DNA of 64,000 nucleotides from Candidatus Hydrothermales bacterium (GTDB lineage Bacteria; Hydrothermota; Hydrothermia; Hydrothermales; JAJRUZ01): NCBI GenBank assembly GCA_039630235.1, contig JBCNVI010000005.1, positions 37,690 to 101,689 of the forward strand, read 5' to 3'. Shown piece by piece: positions 9,480 to 18,102 of this stretch (position 1 is its first letter; each line of letters starts with the position of its first letter). The notes under the pieces were generated by a model. It saw only the letters and a program-made list of their open reading frames with translations, ran no database searches and was not told where the DNA came from. The position numbers and the translations under genes were made by a program.

Positions 9480-10767
9480 CAAAATAAAGATCCTTTTCTG
9501 CTGATTTTAAAACATAAACTAGCAAAAAAGAGTCAGGTAAACTTATCTTTCTTCTATCTAAATTTTCAAAAAATGTAAACTTTCTAAAATCAGTAAAGTG
9601 TATATTCTCTCTTTTACCCCAAAGTGGTAAAAATAATTTAGAAATCTCAAGGTGAGTAACAATTAGATCATCTTCTTTTGTGTACTTATAGATAAGATTC
9701 TTTGTTTCTTTAAAATTTAATAAATATTCTTGATGTTTTCTCATCATTAAATATGTCAAGATCAAACATATGAAAAAAGTAGAAAAGATAAAGGGTTTTT
9801 CTAATTTGCCTTTAAAAATTGTATTGAAAACTTTCGCATATCCAATTAGAATAAAAATCACAAAAGGTAAAAAAAATCTTAAACCTGGAATTGATGACAA
9901 GATAATATTTTCTTGTATTTCATAATGATAAACATAAAAAAGAAAAATTAAAATAGAGGGTAAAAAGCCAAATAATAAATTTTTCAAATTTTTAATCAAC
10001 AGGATTCCAAGTAAACCAATAGTTAAAAGCAAAGGATAGTTTATGTTAAGATAAAAGAGATAAATCTTTAAATTTCCCCAAAGATAATTAATAGAAAAAT
10101 CAAAACCTGGATGTTTACCTCCATATACAAAAAAAATGTAAATGAAAATTAAAGAGCCAGCAAAAAAAGTTAAAATAAAATAACAAATCAAGTTCTTATA
10201 TCTTCTTTTAATTAAAGAGTCGTAAACGAATAAAAAAGAGTAAAGGAAATTTGTAGGTTTTAAAAGAGTAAAAACAAAAACTGTCATATAAGAAAAAAAA
10301 TATTTTTGCCTTAAATGAAAATAAAAAGTTAATAAAAACCAAAAAGAAGAAATAAAATCAGGCATAATTGTTCTTGAAAATAAAACGAAAGAGGGATGAA
10401 AAATATAAAAAATGAAGTATAAAGGATTAATTTTATATATCTCCAAAATTTTGTAAAAAAGAAAACTAGAAGCTATGTGAAAAAAAAGGGAGACTAAAAA
10501 AATATACTCAAAACCAAAATGTAAGGGAATCGCAAGAAAAAAAAGAGAATAATAAGGGGGATACCTTGTAGTAACTCCAATTTTACCATGATGTATAGCA
10601 AAACCTAAGGTCCATTCTGGAAGATCTAATTTCAACTCTAAAAGTCTTTGAGCCTGTATTATGTAAACCCTCTCATCAGCAAAAGAATAAAATACAGGAT
10701 AAAATAAAAAATAAAGTGAAATAAAAGAAATTATTGAAAGAAGAAAAAACAATTTCTCACTTCTCAT
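9373..10767 (-). CDS. Polytopic membrane protein, probably a GT-C-fold glycosyltransferase (ArnT/PMT-like)
   Basis: About 12 TM helices, with an acidic DE motif in the first extracytoplasmic loop (FADERVYIIQAQ), typical of GT-C enzymes. This is weak, motif-level evidence only. Confidence 0.4.
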   Translation of the reverse strand: MRSEKLFFLLSIISFISLYFLFYPVFYSFADERVYIIQAQRLLELKLDLPEWTLGFAIHHGKIGVTTRYPPYYSLFFLAIPLHFGFEYIFLVSLFFHIASSFLFYKILEIYKINPLYFIFYIFHPSFVLFSRTIMPDFISSFWFLLTFYFHLRQKYFFSYMTVFVFTLLKPTNFLYSFLFVYDSLIKRRYKNLICYFILTFFAGSLIFIYIFFVYGGKHPGFDFSINYLWGNLKIYLFYLNINYPLLLTIGLLGILLIKNLKNLLFGFLPSILIFLFYVYHYEIQENIILSSIPGLRFFLPFVIFILIGYAKVFNTIFKGKLEKPFIFSTFFICLILTYLMMRKHQEYLLNFKETKNLIYKYTKEDDLIVTHLEISKLFLPLWGKRENIHFTDFRKFTFFENLDRRKISLPDSFLLVYVLKSAEKDLYFVKVYADSLLKVFPRNYLLFHNDYLYIFRVYKNKNP

Positions 10768-12571
10768 GAAGAAGAGAATCTTTTTTTATTATAAAATTCT
10801 CAAGCACAAGTACATCTAAACCACTTCTAATAAAAGTTGAAAAGGCATCTTCTGGTGAATTTACAATAGGCTCTCCCTTTAGATTAAAAGAAGTGTTAAG
10901 TATCATAGGAATACCAGTTTCTTTGTAAAACTTCAAAATAAGCTTATAATATCTGGGATTTTCCTCCTTATATACAAATTGGGGTCTAGCTGAAAAATCT
11001 ACATGAGTAACTGCCTTAATTTTTTCCCACTTTTCTTTCTTAACAGGTACTACATAAAGCATAAACCTAAAAGGATGCTGCTCCTTTTCTTTTTCAGTTA
11101 TTTCAAACCAATCTTCAGCATGCTCTATAAGCACTGAAGGTGCAAAAGGCCTATAAGGTTCTCTAAATTTAATTTTTGTATTAACAATATCTTTCATCTC
11201 CTTTATTCTCGGATCCGCAAGAATTGACCTATTGCCAAGCGCTCTTGGACCCCACTCAAACTTTCCATGAAACCATCCTATCACTTTCCCATTTAAAAGC
11301 TCCTCAACTACCTTTTCGATCAACCTGTCTTCATCCTCATAATAAACTGCAATATCTTTTATGTTATTCTTTGACAAAAAAAGATTTATTTCCTCTGCTG
11401 AGTAACTTTTTCCAAAGGAAGCATTTTTCATAACAAAGTTTCTTTTTGAACCAAGCATCATATGTTCAACACAAAGTGCTGCTCCTAAAGCCCCTCCAGC
11501 ATCTCCAGCTGCAGGCTGAATAAACACCTCCTCAAAGGGAAGACTTTTATAAATCTTCCAATTGGCCACTGAATTTAGAGCAACTCCACCTCCCAAACAT
11601 AGGTATTTAAGATTTGTCATTCTATAGGCTTCTTTTGCCAAGTTTATAAGAGCCTCCTCCAAGACACTTTGAATTGATGCTGCAATGTTTGCGTAATTCT
11701 CCTGTTCCATTGCCATTTTCTCATATTCAAATTTATCCGGCTTTTCACCAAAGTAACTCGGCCAACCAGTTTCACGAGTAAAAAACTTAGACGCTGGATT
11801 GCGAGGTTTGCCAAATAACTTTAAAAACTTTTCTGAATAAGTTCTGTCAAGGGATTTATGAAAGGAAAAATAATCAAGATTTAAACTAAAAGAGCCATCA
11901 TCATAAAGATTTATAAGTTTTTTCACCTCCTCAACATGCTTAGGATAACCGTAAGGAGCCATTCCCATAACCTTATACTCACCTTCATTTACTTCAAATC
12001 CTAAAAAAGCTGTAAAGGTTGAGTAAAGTAAACCCAGTGAGTGGGGAAAATAAATTTCCTTAATCATTTCAATGTTATTTCCACGCCCAACACTTATTGC
12101 TGTTGTAGTCCACTCACCCACCCCGTCTACTGTGAGAATAACAGCCTCCTCAAAAGGAGAAGGGAAAAAAGCAGAAGAAGCATGAGACAAGTGGTGTGAA
12201 CAAAAGAGTACCTTTTTTGGTGATATCTTTAATTTGTTACATATAATCTCTCTTATCCAGAGCTTTTCTCCTAAAAGATTTCTCATTGAAGCAGCAAAAA
12301 CAAAGGGATGAAAGGGAAAATTTAAAAATTGAGTCTTAATAACTCTTTCAAACTTTAAAAAGGGTTTTTCGTAAAAGACAACATAATCAAGATCTTTACT
12401 TAAAAGCCCAGCCTCTTTTAATACAAATTCAATGGACTTTTCAGGGAAACTTGCATCTCCTTTTTTTCTTGAGAAACGTTCTTCCTGAGCTAGGGCAACT
12501 GGTACCCCATCTATGGTTAAAGCTGCAGCTGAATCATGATAAAAAAAAGAAAGACCAAGAATTTTTGCCAT
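10757..12571 (-). CDS. Carbamoyltransferase (NodU/CmcH/NovN family)
   Basis: N-terminus MAKILGLSFFYHDSAAAL and a 604-aa length are a strong signature of O-carbamoyltransferases. Confidence 0.85.
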   Translation of the reverse strand: MAKILGLSFFYHDSAAALTIDGVPVALAQEERFSRKKGDASFPEKSIEFVLKEAGLLSKDLDYVVFYEKPFLKFERVIKTQFLNFPFHPFVFAASMRNLLGEKLWIREIICNKLKISPKKVLFCSHHLSHASSAFFPSPFEEAVILTVDGVGEWTTTAISVGRGNNIEMIKEIYFPHSLGLLYSTFTAFLGFEVNEGEYKVMGMAPYGYPKHVEEVKKLINLYDDGSFSLNLDYFSFHKSLDRTYSEKFLKLFGKPRNPASKFFTRETGWPSYFGEKPDKFEYEKMAMEQENYANIAASIQSVLEEALINLAKEAYRMTNLKYLCLGGGVALNSVANWKIYKSLPFEEVFIQPAAGDAGGALGAALCVEHMMLGSKRNFVMKNASFGKSYSAEEINLFLSKNNIKDIAVYYEDEDRLIEKVVEELLNGKVIGWFHGKFEWGPRALGNRSILADPRIKEMKDIVNTKIKFREPYRPFAPSVLIEHAEDWFEITEKEKEQHPFRFMLYVVPVKKEKWEKIKAVTHVDFSARPQFVYKEENPRYYKLILKFYKETGIPMILNTSFNLKGEPIVNSPEDAFSTFIRSGLDVLVLENFIIKKDSLLHEK

Positions 12572-12573
12572 TT

Positions 12574-12804
12574 TTAATATCCCTCACTTTCAAAATCTTT
12601 TAAACTATAACCAATTCTTTTACTCTTGAGCCACATAGAACTTTCCCTTTTAAATTTAAGATTTGATAGTAAACGATAAAATATCGCAATTATACCAAAA
12701 ATTGAGTAATAAAAAATTAAAAGAAAAAATATTGTAATTGCTTCTAAGAGAATTACAAATATATCTTTTAAAATCTTAAAAAAGATACTAAAAATTTTTT
12801 TCAT
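12574..12804 (-). CDS. Small membrane protein (possibly SxtJ-like; commonly neighbours carbamoyltransferases)
   Basis: 76 aa, one or two TM helices; the position between the carbamoyltransferase and the DUF5989-like gene matches a recurrent gene neighbourhood. Confidence 0.35.
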   Translation of the reverse strand: MKKIFSIFFKILKDIFVILLEAITIFFLLIFYYSIFGIIAIFYRLLSNLKFKRESSMWLKSKRIGYSLKDFESEGY

Positions 12805-12813
12805 TAGTAAGTT

Positions 12814-13017
12814 CTAAAATAAAGTGTATATAAAAGGACCAAGTGGGCTTGATTGTAAGAAAATAACAAAGAAGAAGAAAATAAGTAATACTAAAACAAT
12901 TGGAATTAACCACCACATTTTATTTCTCCACAAAAAAAACAAAAGATCCCTTGCTATTTTAAATCGAATAGAAAAAGACCAGAAGAAGTTATAAAAATTT
13001 TGAAAAAAATTTTTCAT
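12814..13017 (-). CDS. DUF5989-like small membrane protein
   Basis: 67 aa. RNKMWWLIPIVLVLLIFFFFVIFLQSSPLGPFIYTLF matches, from memory, the conserved DUF5989 pattern found next to carbamoyltransferase/SxtJ genes. Confidence 0.45.
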   Translation of the reverse strand: MKNFFQNFYNFFWSFSIRFKIARDLLFFLWRNKMWWLIPIVLVLLIFFFFVIFLQSSPLGPFIYTLF

Positions 13018-13021
13018 ATGC

Positions 13022-14662
13022 TTATTTTAAAAAAAGAGAATCTATAATTTCCAATACTTTTGCTGTTACAAGTTTATGCCCCTTTTCTGTAAAGTGACTA
13101 TCCCATTTTCTATAAGATCTTTCCTTACCATCTAAGATCTCTTTTAAGTCTATCACGTTTATCCCCTTATTTTTAAGTAAATCAAAAAGTCTCTCTCTTA
13201 AAATTCTCTGAGGTTTAAAATCTTCTTCAGTTATAAATGCCTTAAAATATTCCCTATAAGAAGGATCCACATCTATAGCAAAGGGAATTAAAAAAACATA
13301 TAGAACTATATTTTTTTTCTTTAACTCCTCATCCATTTTTAAAATCCAACTTGCTGTTGCTTCTAACATTTTAATATCAACTTTCGTATCAGTTTTATCT
13401 TTCTTTTCTTTCTTTAAGGCATATTTTATCAAGCTTTCAACCCACTTTCCGCTTAAGTACTCCTGATCCTCCTTTTTTTCATTTAGCTCATCCCACATCC
13501 TTTTTCCCCCTTTACGTAAAATTTTCTCTATTTTTTCCGGAGAAATACTTGGAAGATAGTGTTTACTCATATACTCTGAAAGTAACTTTATACCATCTTC
13601 ATAGGGTAATCCTGCAATACTTTTTAAATACTCAAATTCATCTTTTACTCTTTTTGCTTTTGAAATAAAAATGGGGAATTGAGTTCTGTTTATAACTAGC
13701 CAAGTAAAACGCGGCATTAACTTTCCAAGTGCTGAAGGCAATGGATGTTCAGCTATAAGCGGAATAGGTTTATTACCGTAACCTACTTTAACAAAATCAT
13801 TCTGAGAAGCAAAAAATAAAAAGACTGCATCAGGAGACATTTTAAGTCCTATCTCTTTTAACCTATAAAAGTAATGTCTAATATCAGTGTTACTAACACC
13901 CAAATTTATACATTCAATAAAATCAATACCTCGATTTAGTAGAGATTCTTCACAATATCCTGAAAGAGTATTTTTACAAAAGATACCCTCTAGAAATGAA
14001 TCTCCTAAAAAAATGATTCTTTTTTTTCCAGGGGGTTTTAAAATCTCTCTTTCCTTATCTCTTAGACCAAAGGAGTTAAAATTTCCTCCTATTCTTTGAG
14101 CCCACTCTTTTGTAACTATGATTGGCCTTAGTTTATAGTAAGGCCAAGGTGGAACATAAAAGGAACCTAAAAACTCAAGTATTAATCCAGAAAAAAAGAT
14201 AAGTAAAATTGTATATAAGTGTAAAAACAAGAAGGACTTTGTATAGAGTCTATTTTTTAATATTAATCTGAGGGAAAAAAGGGTAAAGAAAAGGAAAAGA
14301 CAGAAAATAGAGAAAATTATTAAAGTAGCTAAAACTACCCATAATTTATGGAAAAAGCCATACAGAGCTGGATTAAATCTTTCTTCTGCAGTAATATACC
14401 AGTAACCTACAAGAAGAGAAAAAATTGAAAATATTAATGAAAGGGCGTATAGTTTTTTTATTTCTTTTATTAAAAAAAGGGAGATTAAATAATTTAAAAT
14501 TATAAGCATTATTCCTGAAATAAAAAGAAGTGGCTGAACTGGTTCAAATCCTGAGGGTTTTAGATTTAAAAAAGTTATACTAAGGGATGTAATAATTAAA
14601 AAAATACTTAAAATTAAAAGAAAGATTCTTAAAAACCACATAGCTAAATTAATGTGTCTCAA
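13022..14662 (-). CDS. Membrane-anchored SGNH/GDSL hydrolase (possible polysaccharide O-acyl/esterase-transferase)
   Basis: N-terminal half has 6 or more TM helices; C-terminal half has the SGNH block I motif IIFLGDSFLEG. Confidence 0.55.
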   Translation of the reverse strand: MRHINLAMWFLRIFLLILSIFLIITSLSITFLNLKPSGFEPVQPLLFISGIMLIILNYLISLFLIKEIKKLYALSLIFSIFSLLVGYWYITAEERFNPALYGFFHKLWVVLATLIIFSIFCLFLFFTLFSLRLILKNRLYTKSFLFLHLYTILLIFFSGLILEFLGSFYVPPWPYYKLRPIIVTKEWAQRIGGNFNSFGLRDKEREILKPPGKKRIIFLGDSFLEGIFCKNTLSGYCEESLLNRGIDFIECINLGVSNTDIRHYFYRLKEIGLKMSPDAVFLFFASQNDFVKVGYGNKPIPLIAEHPLPSALGKLMPRFTWLVINRTQFPIFISKAKRVKDEFEYLKSIAGLPYEDGIKLLSEYMSKHYLPSISPEKIEKILRKGGKRMWDELNEKKEDQEYLSGKWVESLIKYALKKEKKDKTDTKVDIKMLEATASWILKMDEELKKKNIVLYVFLIPFAIDVDPSYREYFKAFITEEDFKPQRILRERLFDLLKNKGINVIDLKEILDGKERSYRKWDSHFTEKGHKLVTAKVLEIIDSLFLK

Positions 14663-14730
14663 CTTTTATAATAATACAAATCTGACTTTTTTTCAAATTA
14701 GTTTTACTGACTTATAATTAAAGATTTAAA

Positions 14731-15318
14731 ATGAAGAAAAAATTTACAAGGGGTGAATCTTTCTTAGATAACTTTCTTGCAATTTTAAGATCAAAAAAGG
14801 CTGACTCTTTAATACCGGATGATAAAAGAAAAGGGACTATACTTGATATTGGTTGTGGACTTTTTCCCTATTTTTTAACTAAAACTAAATTTAAAACAAA
14901 AGTAGGTGTTGATAAAATAAAGATAGAAAATGTTGAGGGAATAAAGATTATAAATATAAACATCGAGAAAATTAATTATCTTCCATTTAAGGATGAAACC
15001 TTTGATGTTGTTACCTCCTTGGCAGTTTTTGAACACATAGAAAGAGCAAAGATTTTAAAAATTTTTAAAGAAATAAAAAGAATATTAAAAAAGGGAGGAT
15101 TTTTGATTTTAACAACACCAAATTATTTTTCTGACTTTTTACTTAAAGCTATGGCGAAATTAAGAATTGTAAGCCATGAGGAGATATTAGAACATAAAAA
15201 ACTATTTAAAAAAAAAGAGTTAATAGAACTTCTTGTAAGGGCAGGTTTTGAAAGAAAAAACATTGAAGCAGGCTACTTTGAATTGGGATTTAATATATAC
15301 GTAAGGGCGAAAAAGTAA
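14731..15318 (+). CDS. Class I SAM-dependent methyltransferase
   Basis: Motif I ILDIGCGLFPY, a post-I acidic residue, and motif IV region LILTTPN. Confidence 0.7.
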   Translation: MKKKFTRGESFLDNFLAILRSKKADSLIPDDKRKGTILDIGCGLFPYFLTKTKFKTKVGVDKIKIENVEGIKIININIEKINYLPFKDETFDVVTSLAVFEHIERAKILKIFKEIKRILKKGGFLILTTPNYFSDFLLKAMAKLRIVSHEEILEHKKLFKKKELIELLVRAGFERKNIEAGYFELGFNIYVRAKK

Positions 15319-15368
15319 GTTTGATTTTTTTATAAACTTAATTTATAATAATCTATAATTTTAAAAAG

Positions 15369-15441
15369 GCGGGTGTAGCTCAGGTGGTAGAGCTCCAGCT
15401 TCCCAAGCTGGATGTCGCGGGTTCGAGTCCCGTCACCCGCT
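15369..15441 (+). tRNA. tRNA-Gly (anticodon CCC)
   Basis: GCGGGTGTAGCTCAGGTGGTAGAGCTCCAGCTTCCCAAGCTGGATGTCGCGGGTTCGAGTCCCGTCACCCGCT. The 7-bp acceptor stem is GCGGGTG/CACCCGC. The anticodon loop TTCCCAA gives anticodon CCC. The T-arm is GCGGG-TTCGAGT-CCCGT, and the sequence is very close to canonical bacterial tRNA-Gly. Confidence 0.9.
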
Positions 15442-15506
15442 TTTAAACAATTTTTATATCTAAAATTTTTTTTCACCATAGAACAAAGCTTGGCCAGCTT
15501 ATAAGA

Positions 15507-16163
15507 GTGCCATTTAAATTAATTCCACCAAAAACTAAAGTAAGAATTCTATCAGGACCAATAAAGAATTCAAAAATTATTTATGGTTCAGGTCTTATTT
15601 CCCAATGGCTTGGAATTTACGAAAAAGAAATCATTAAGAAAATAATAAAAGAATTAAAACCTAACAAAATATACTACGACATAGGTGCTCACGTAGGTTA
15701 CTACACCATTTTATTTTCTAAATTTGCAAAACTTGTATACTCCTTTGAACCTGAACCAACTAACTTTTACTTTTTAAAAGAAAATTTAAAATTAAACAGA
15801 ATTAAAAACGTTAAAATCTTAAATATAGCAATTTATTCTGAAAACAGAGAGTTTAATTTTGACATTAAAGATGACAGAACAGAGGGCAAAATTAAAGATA
15901 ACGGAATCTTAAAAGTTTGTGCTTTCACTATTGACTATCTTTGCCTGATGAAAAATTTATACTTTCCAGATTTGATGAAAATAGATGTTGAGGGCGCGGA
16001 ACTCGAGGTATTAAAGGGAGCAATAAAAATTTTAAACCTTAAAAAGCCAAAAATTTTAATAAGTTTTCACAGTGAAGATTTAAAGAAAGATACTATTCTT
16101 TTTCTTTCTAATATAGGTTATAATGTAAAAAAAATCAAAGAAGATATTTTCTTATTCAAATGA
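15507..16163 (+). CDS. FkbM-family methyltransferase
   Basis: DIGAHVGYYT motif (FkbM consensus DIGANIGYYT); about 220 aa. Confidence 0.7.
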   Translation: MPFKLIPPKTKVRILSGPIKNSKIIYGSGLISQWLGIYEKEIIKKIIKELKPNKIYYDIGAHVGYYTILFSKFAKLVYSFEPEPTNFYFLKENLKLNRIKNVKILNIAIYSENREFNFDIKDDRTEGKIKDNGILKVCAFTIDYLCLMKNLYFPDLMKIDVEGAELEVLKGAIKILNLKKPKILISFHSEDLKKDTILFLSNIGYNVKKIKEDIFLFK

Positions 16164-17167
16164 GGGTTCTTTATTTTCTAAAATCGAAGTCAAGGGGCGG
16201 ACTTGAGATTTACTTTCTTAAAACTGCGCAAAAACTGAAAGAAAAAAATATCGATGTCCATCTTTTTTTCCCTAAATCATCAAGTCTTTTCACAAATTTA
16301 AAAGTTTTAAAATTAAGAGAAACACTTTTTAAAAGTTGGGACATAGTTCATTTTTTCAAATCTTCAGATCTTGTATACTCTCTTTTATTGAAAGCAAAAA
16401 AATTTTTTCATACAAACATGATGGGACTCTCTGTTTCAAAAAAAGATTTATACCACAAAATTTTATATAGTAAGATTGATAAGATTTTTGCAATTTCAGA
16501 GGCAGTTAAAAGGGAACTATGTGAAAATTTACCTGTAAATGAAGACAAAGTAATTTTGATTTATCCAGGAATAGATACAGAATTTTTTAAGAAAGACAAG
16601 AATTTGAGAAAGCAATTTAGAAACAAGTTTAAAATAAAAGAAGAAGATATAGTAATATCAAATACTTCAAGAATAGAGGAAAAAAAGGGACAAAGAGAAT
16701 TATTGATAGTTTTCAACGAATTATCTAAAAAGTTTGATAATATAAAGCTTTTTTTTCAAGGTCACGCTGAGGATAAAAAATATTTCAATGATTTAAAAAA
16801 AATCGCAGGAGAAAATGTTTTTTTTCTTAAGTTTAGTGAGGATATAAGGCCTCTTCTTTTCGCCTCAGACATTTACGTTTTTCCTTCTCATGGTGAGGCA
16901 CTCGGTTTTTCTTTAATTGAGGCAATGAGCTCAGAACTAGCATGTGTTGCTTTTAGCGAAAGAGCAATCCCCGAAATAATAGAAGATGGAATATCAGGTT
17001 TTTTAGTTAAAAATAAAAATCTACTAGATTTGAAAAATAAAATTGAAATTCTTATTAAAAATAAAGATTTAAGATTAGAAATGGGAAAAAGGGCAAGAAA
17101 AGTGGTTATTGAAAAGTTCAATTTTGAAAATTATATAAACAAACTTTTGTCGTTTTATTCTTTATAA
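16160..17167 (+). CDS. Glycosyltransferase family 4
   Basis: C-terminal GT-B motif HGEALGFSLIEAMSSELACVAF (EX7E), N-terminal GT4-like domain, ATGA overlap with the upstream gene. Confidence 0.75.
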   Translation: MRVLYFLKSKSRGGLEIYFLKTAQKLKEKNIDVHLFFPKSSSLFTNLKVLKLRETLFKSWDIVHFFKSSDLVYSLLLKAKKFFHTNMMGLSVSKKDLYHKILYSKIDKIFAISEAVKRELCENLPVNEDKVILIYPGIDTEFFKKDKNLRKQFRNKFKIKEEDIVISNTSRIEEKKGQRELLIVFNELSKKFDNIKLFFQGHAEDKKYFNDLKKIAGENVFFLKFSEDIRPLLFASDIYVFPSHGEALGFSLIEAMSSELACVAFSERAIPEIIEDGISGFLVKNKNLLDLKNKIEILIKNKDLRLEMGKRARKVVIEKFNFENYINKLLSFYSL

Positions 17168-18102
17168 GCGTAAATTAATATATTCGCATCTCCCTTTAAA
17201 TTTTCTAAGAGGCTTTTTTTATCATAATTTTTTATCTCAAACAGAATCTCTTTTATCAATTCTTCTCTATTTTTAAAAGCCCCCCTCAGTAATATTTTAA
17301 ACTTGTCAAAGAGTGTGTTGACTTTAAAGAGATATAAAAGATTTCTAAATCTCTCCTTAAAAATATCTATTCTTCCTGAACCGTAATAAAAATAATTAAG
17401 GATAGAAAAATTATAAGCTCTAAGAAGATGAGTAAGAGAATTTAAACTGTAAAGTCTTATATGATAAGGATTAAAACCTATAAATTTTTCTTTATAAATC
17501 TCTATATCGCGTGATTCAGAGTTAGGGGTATCTATTACTAATTTAGTGCCTTTTTTAGATATAAGAGACAAAGAATTCATAAAGGAGTGGGGATCCTTAA
17601 TATGCTCAATTAAATCAATTAAAAGGATAAGATCGTACCTTTCATCAGTTAGTTTTGCATATTCTTCAAGAGTTCCATTGAAAACCTCAACATTAAATTT
17701 TCTTTGGGCATAAAGACAAGCCTCTTTCGATATTTCCACTCCCTTAGCAGAATAACCCATTTGTTTAAGAATATATAGAAGATAACCTCTACCCGAACCT
17801 ATTTCAATAATTTTTGAATTAGGGGATAACTCGAGATTTGAAAAAACTCTTTTATATTGAAGAGAGACTCTTTTTAATTCAGAAATTTCATCTCTTAAAA
17901 AAAAGTAATAGCTTTTACCGTATAGTCTTTTTAAATCCCTATTGCTGTATGTTGGAAAATTAAAAAGAAGTGAGCAATCTTTGCACTTATAAATATAGAA
18001 TAAAGATTTAACGGTAAAAAACTTAATTTTAATAAAAAGGGCCGAATTTTGAGAAAAACACACTGGACATTTTATTTGCATGACAAAAGTATTATTTCTC
18101 AT
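17155..18102 (-). CDS. Class I SAM-dependent methyltransferase with N-terminal Cys4 zinc ribbon
   Basis: CPVCFS...CKDCSLLF zinc ribbon, then methyltransferase motif I IIEIGSGRGYLL. Confidence 0.65.
   Translation of the reverse strand: MRNNTFVMQIKCPVCFSQNSALFIKIKFFTVKSLFYIYKCKDCSLLFNFPTYSNRDLKRLYGKSYYFFLRDEISELKRVSLQYKRVFSNLELSPNSKIIEIGSGRGYLLYILKQMGYSAKGVEISKEACLYAQRKFNVEVFNGTLEEYAKLTDERYDLILLIDLIEHIKDPHSFMNSLSLISKKGTKLVIDTPNSESRDIEIYKEKFIGFNPYHIRLYSLNSLTHLLRAYNFSILNYFYYGSGRIDIFKERFRNLLYLFKVNTLFDKFKILLRGAFKNREELIKEILFEIKNYDKKSLLENLKGDANILIYAYKE

Noticed and set aside
15442-15506. Integrated element at the tRNA-Gly 3' end
   Set aside because: No direct repeat of the tRNA 3' terminus, integrase or other mobile gene was found downstream; the downstream genes fit the surrounding glycan locus functionally.
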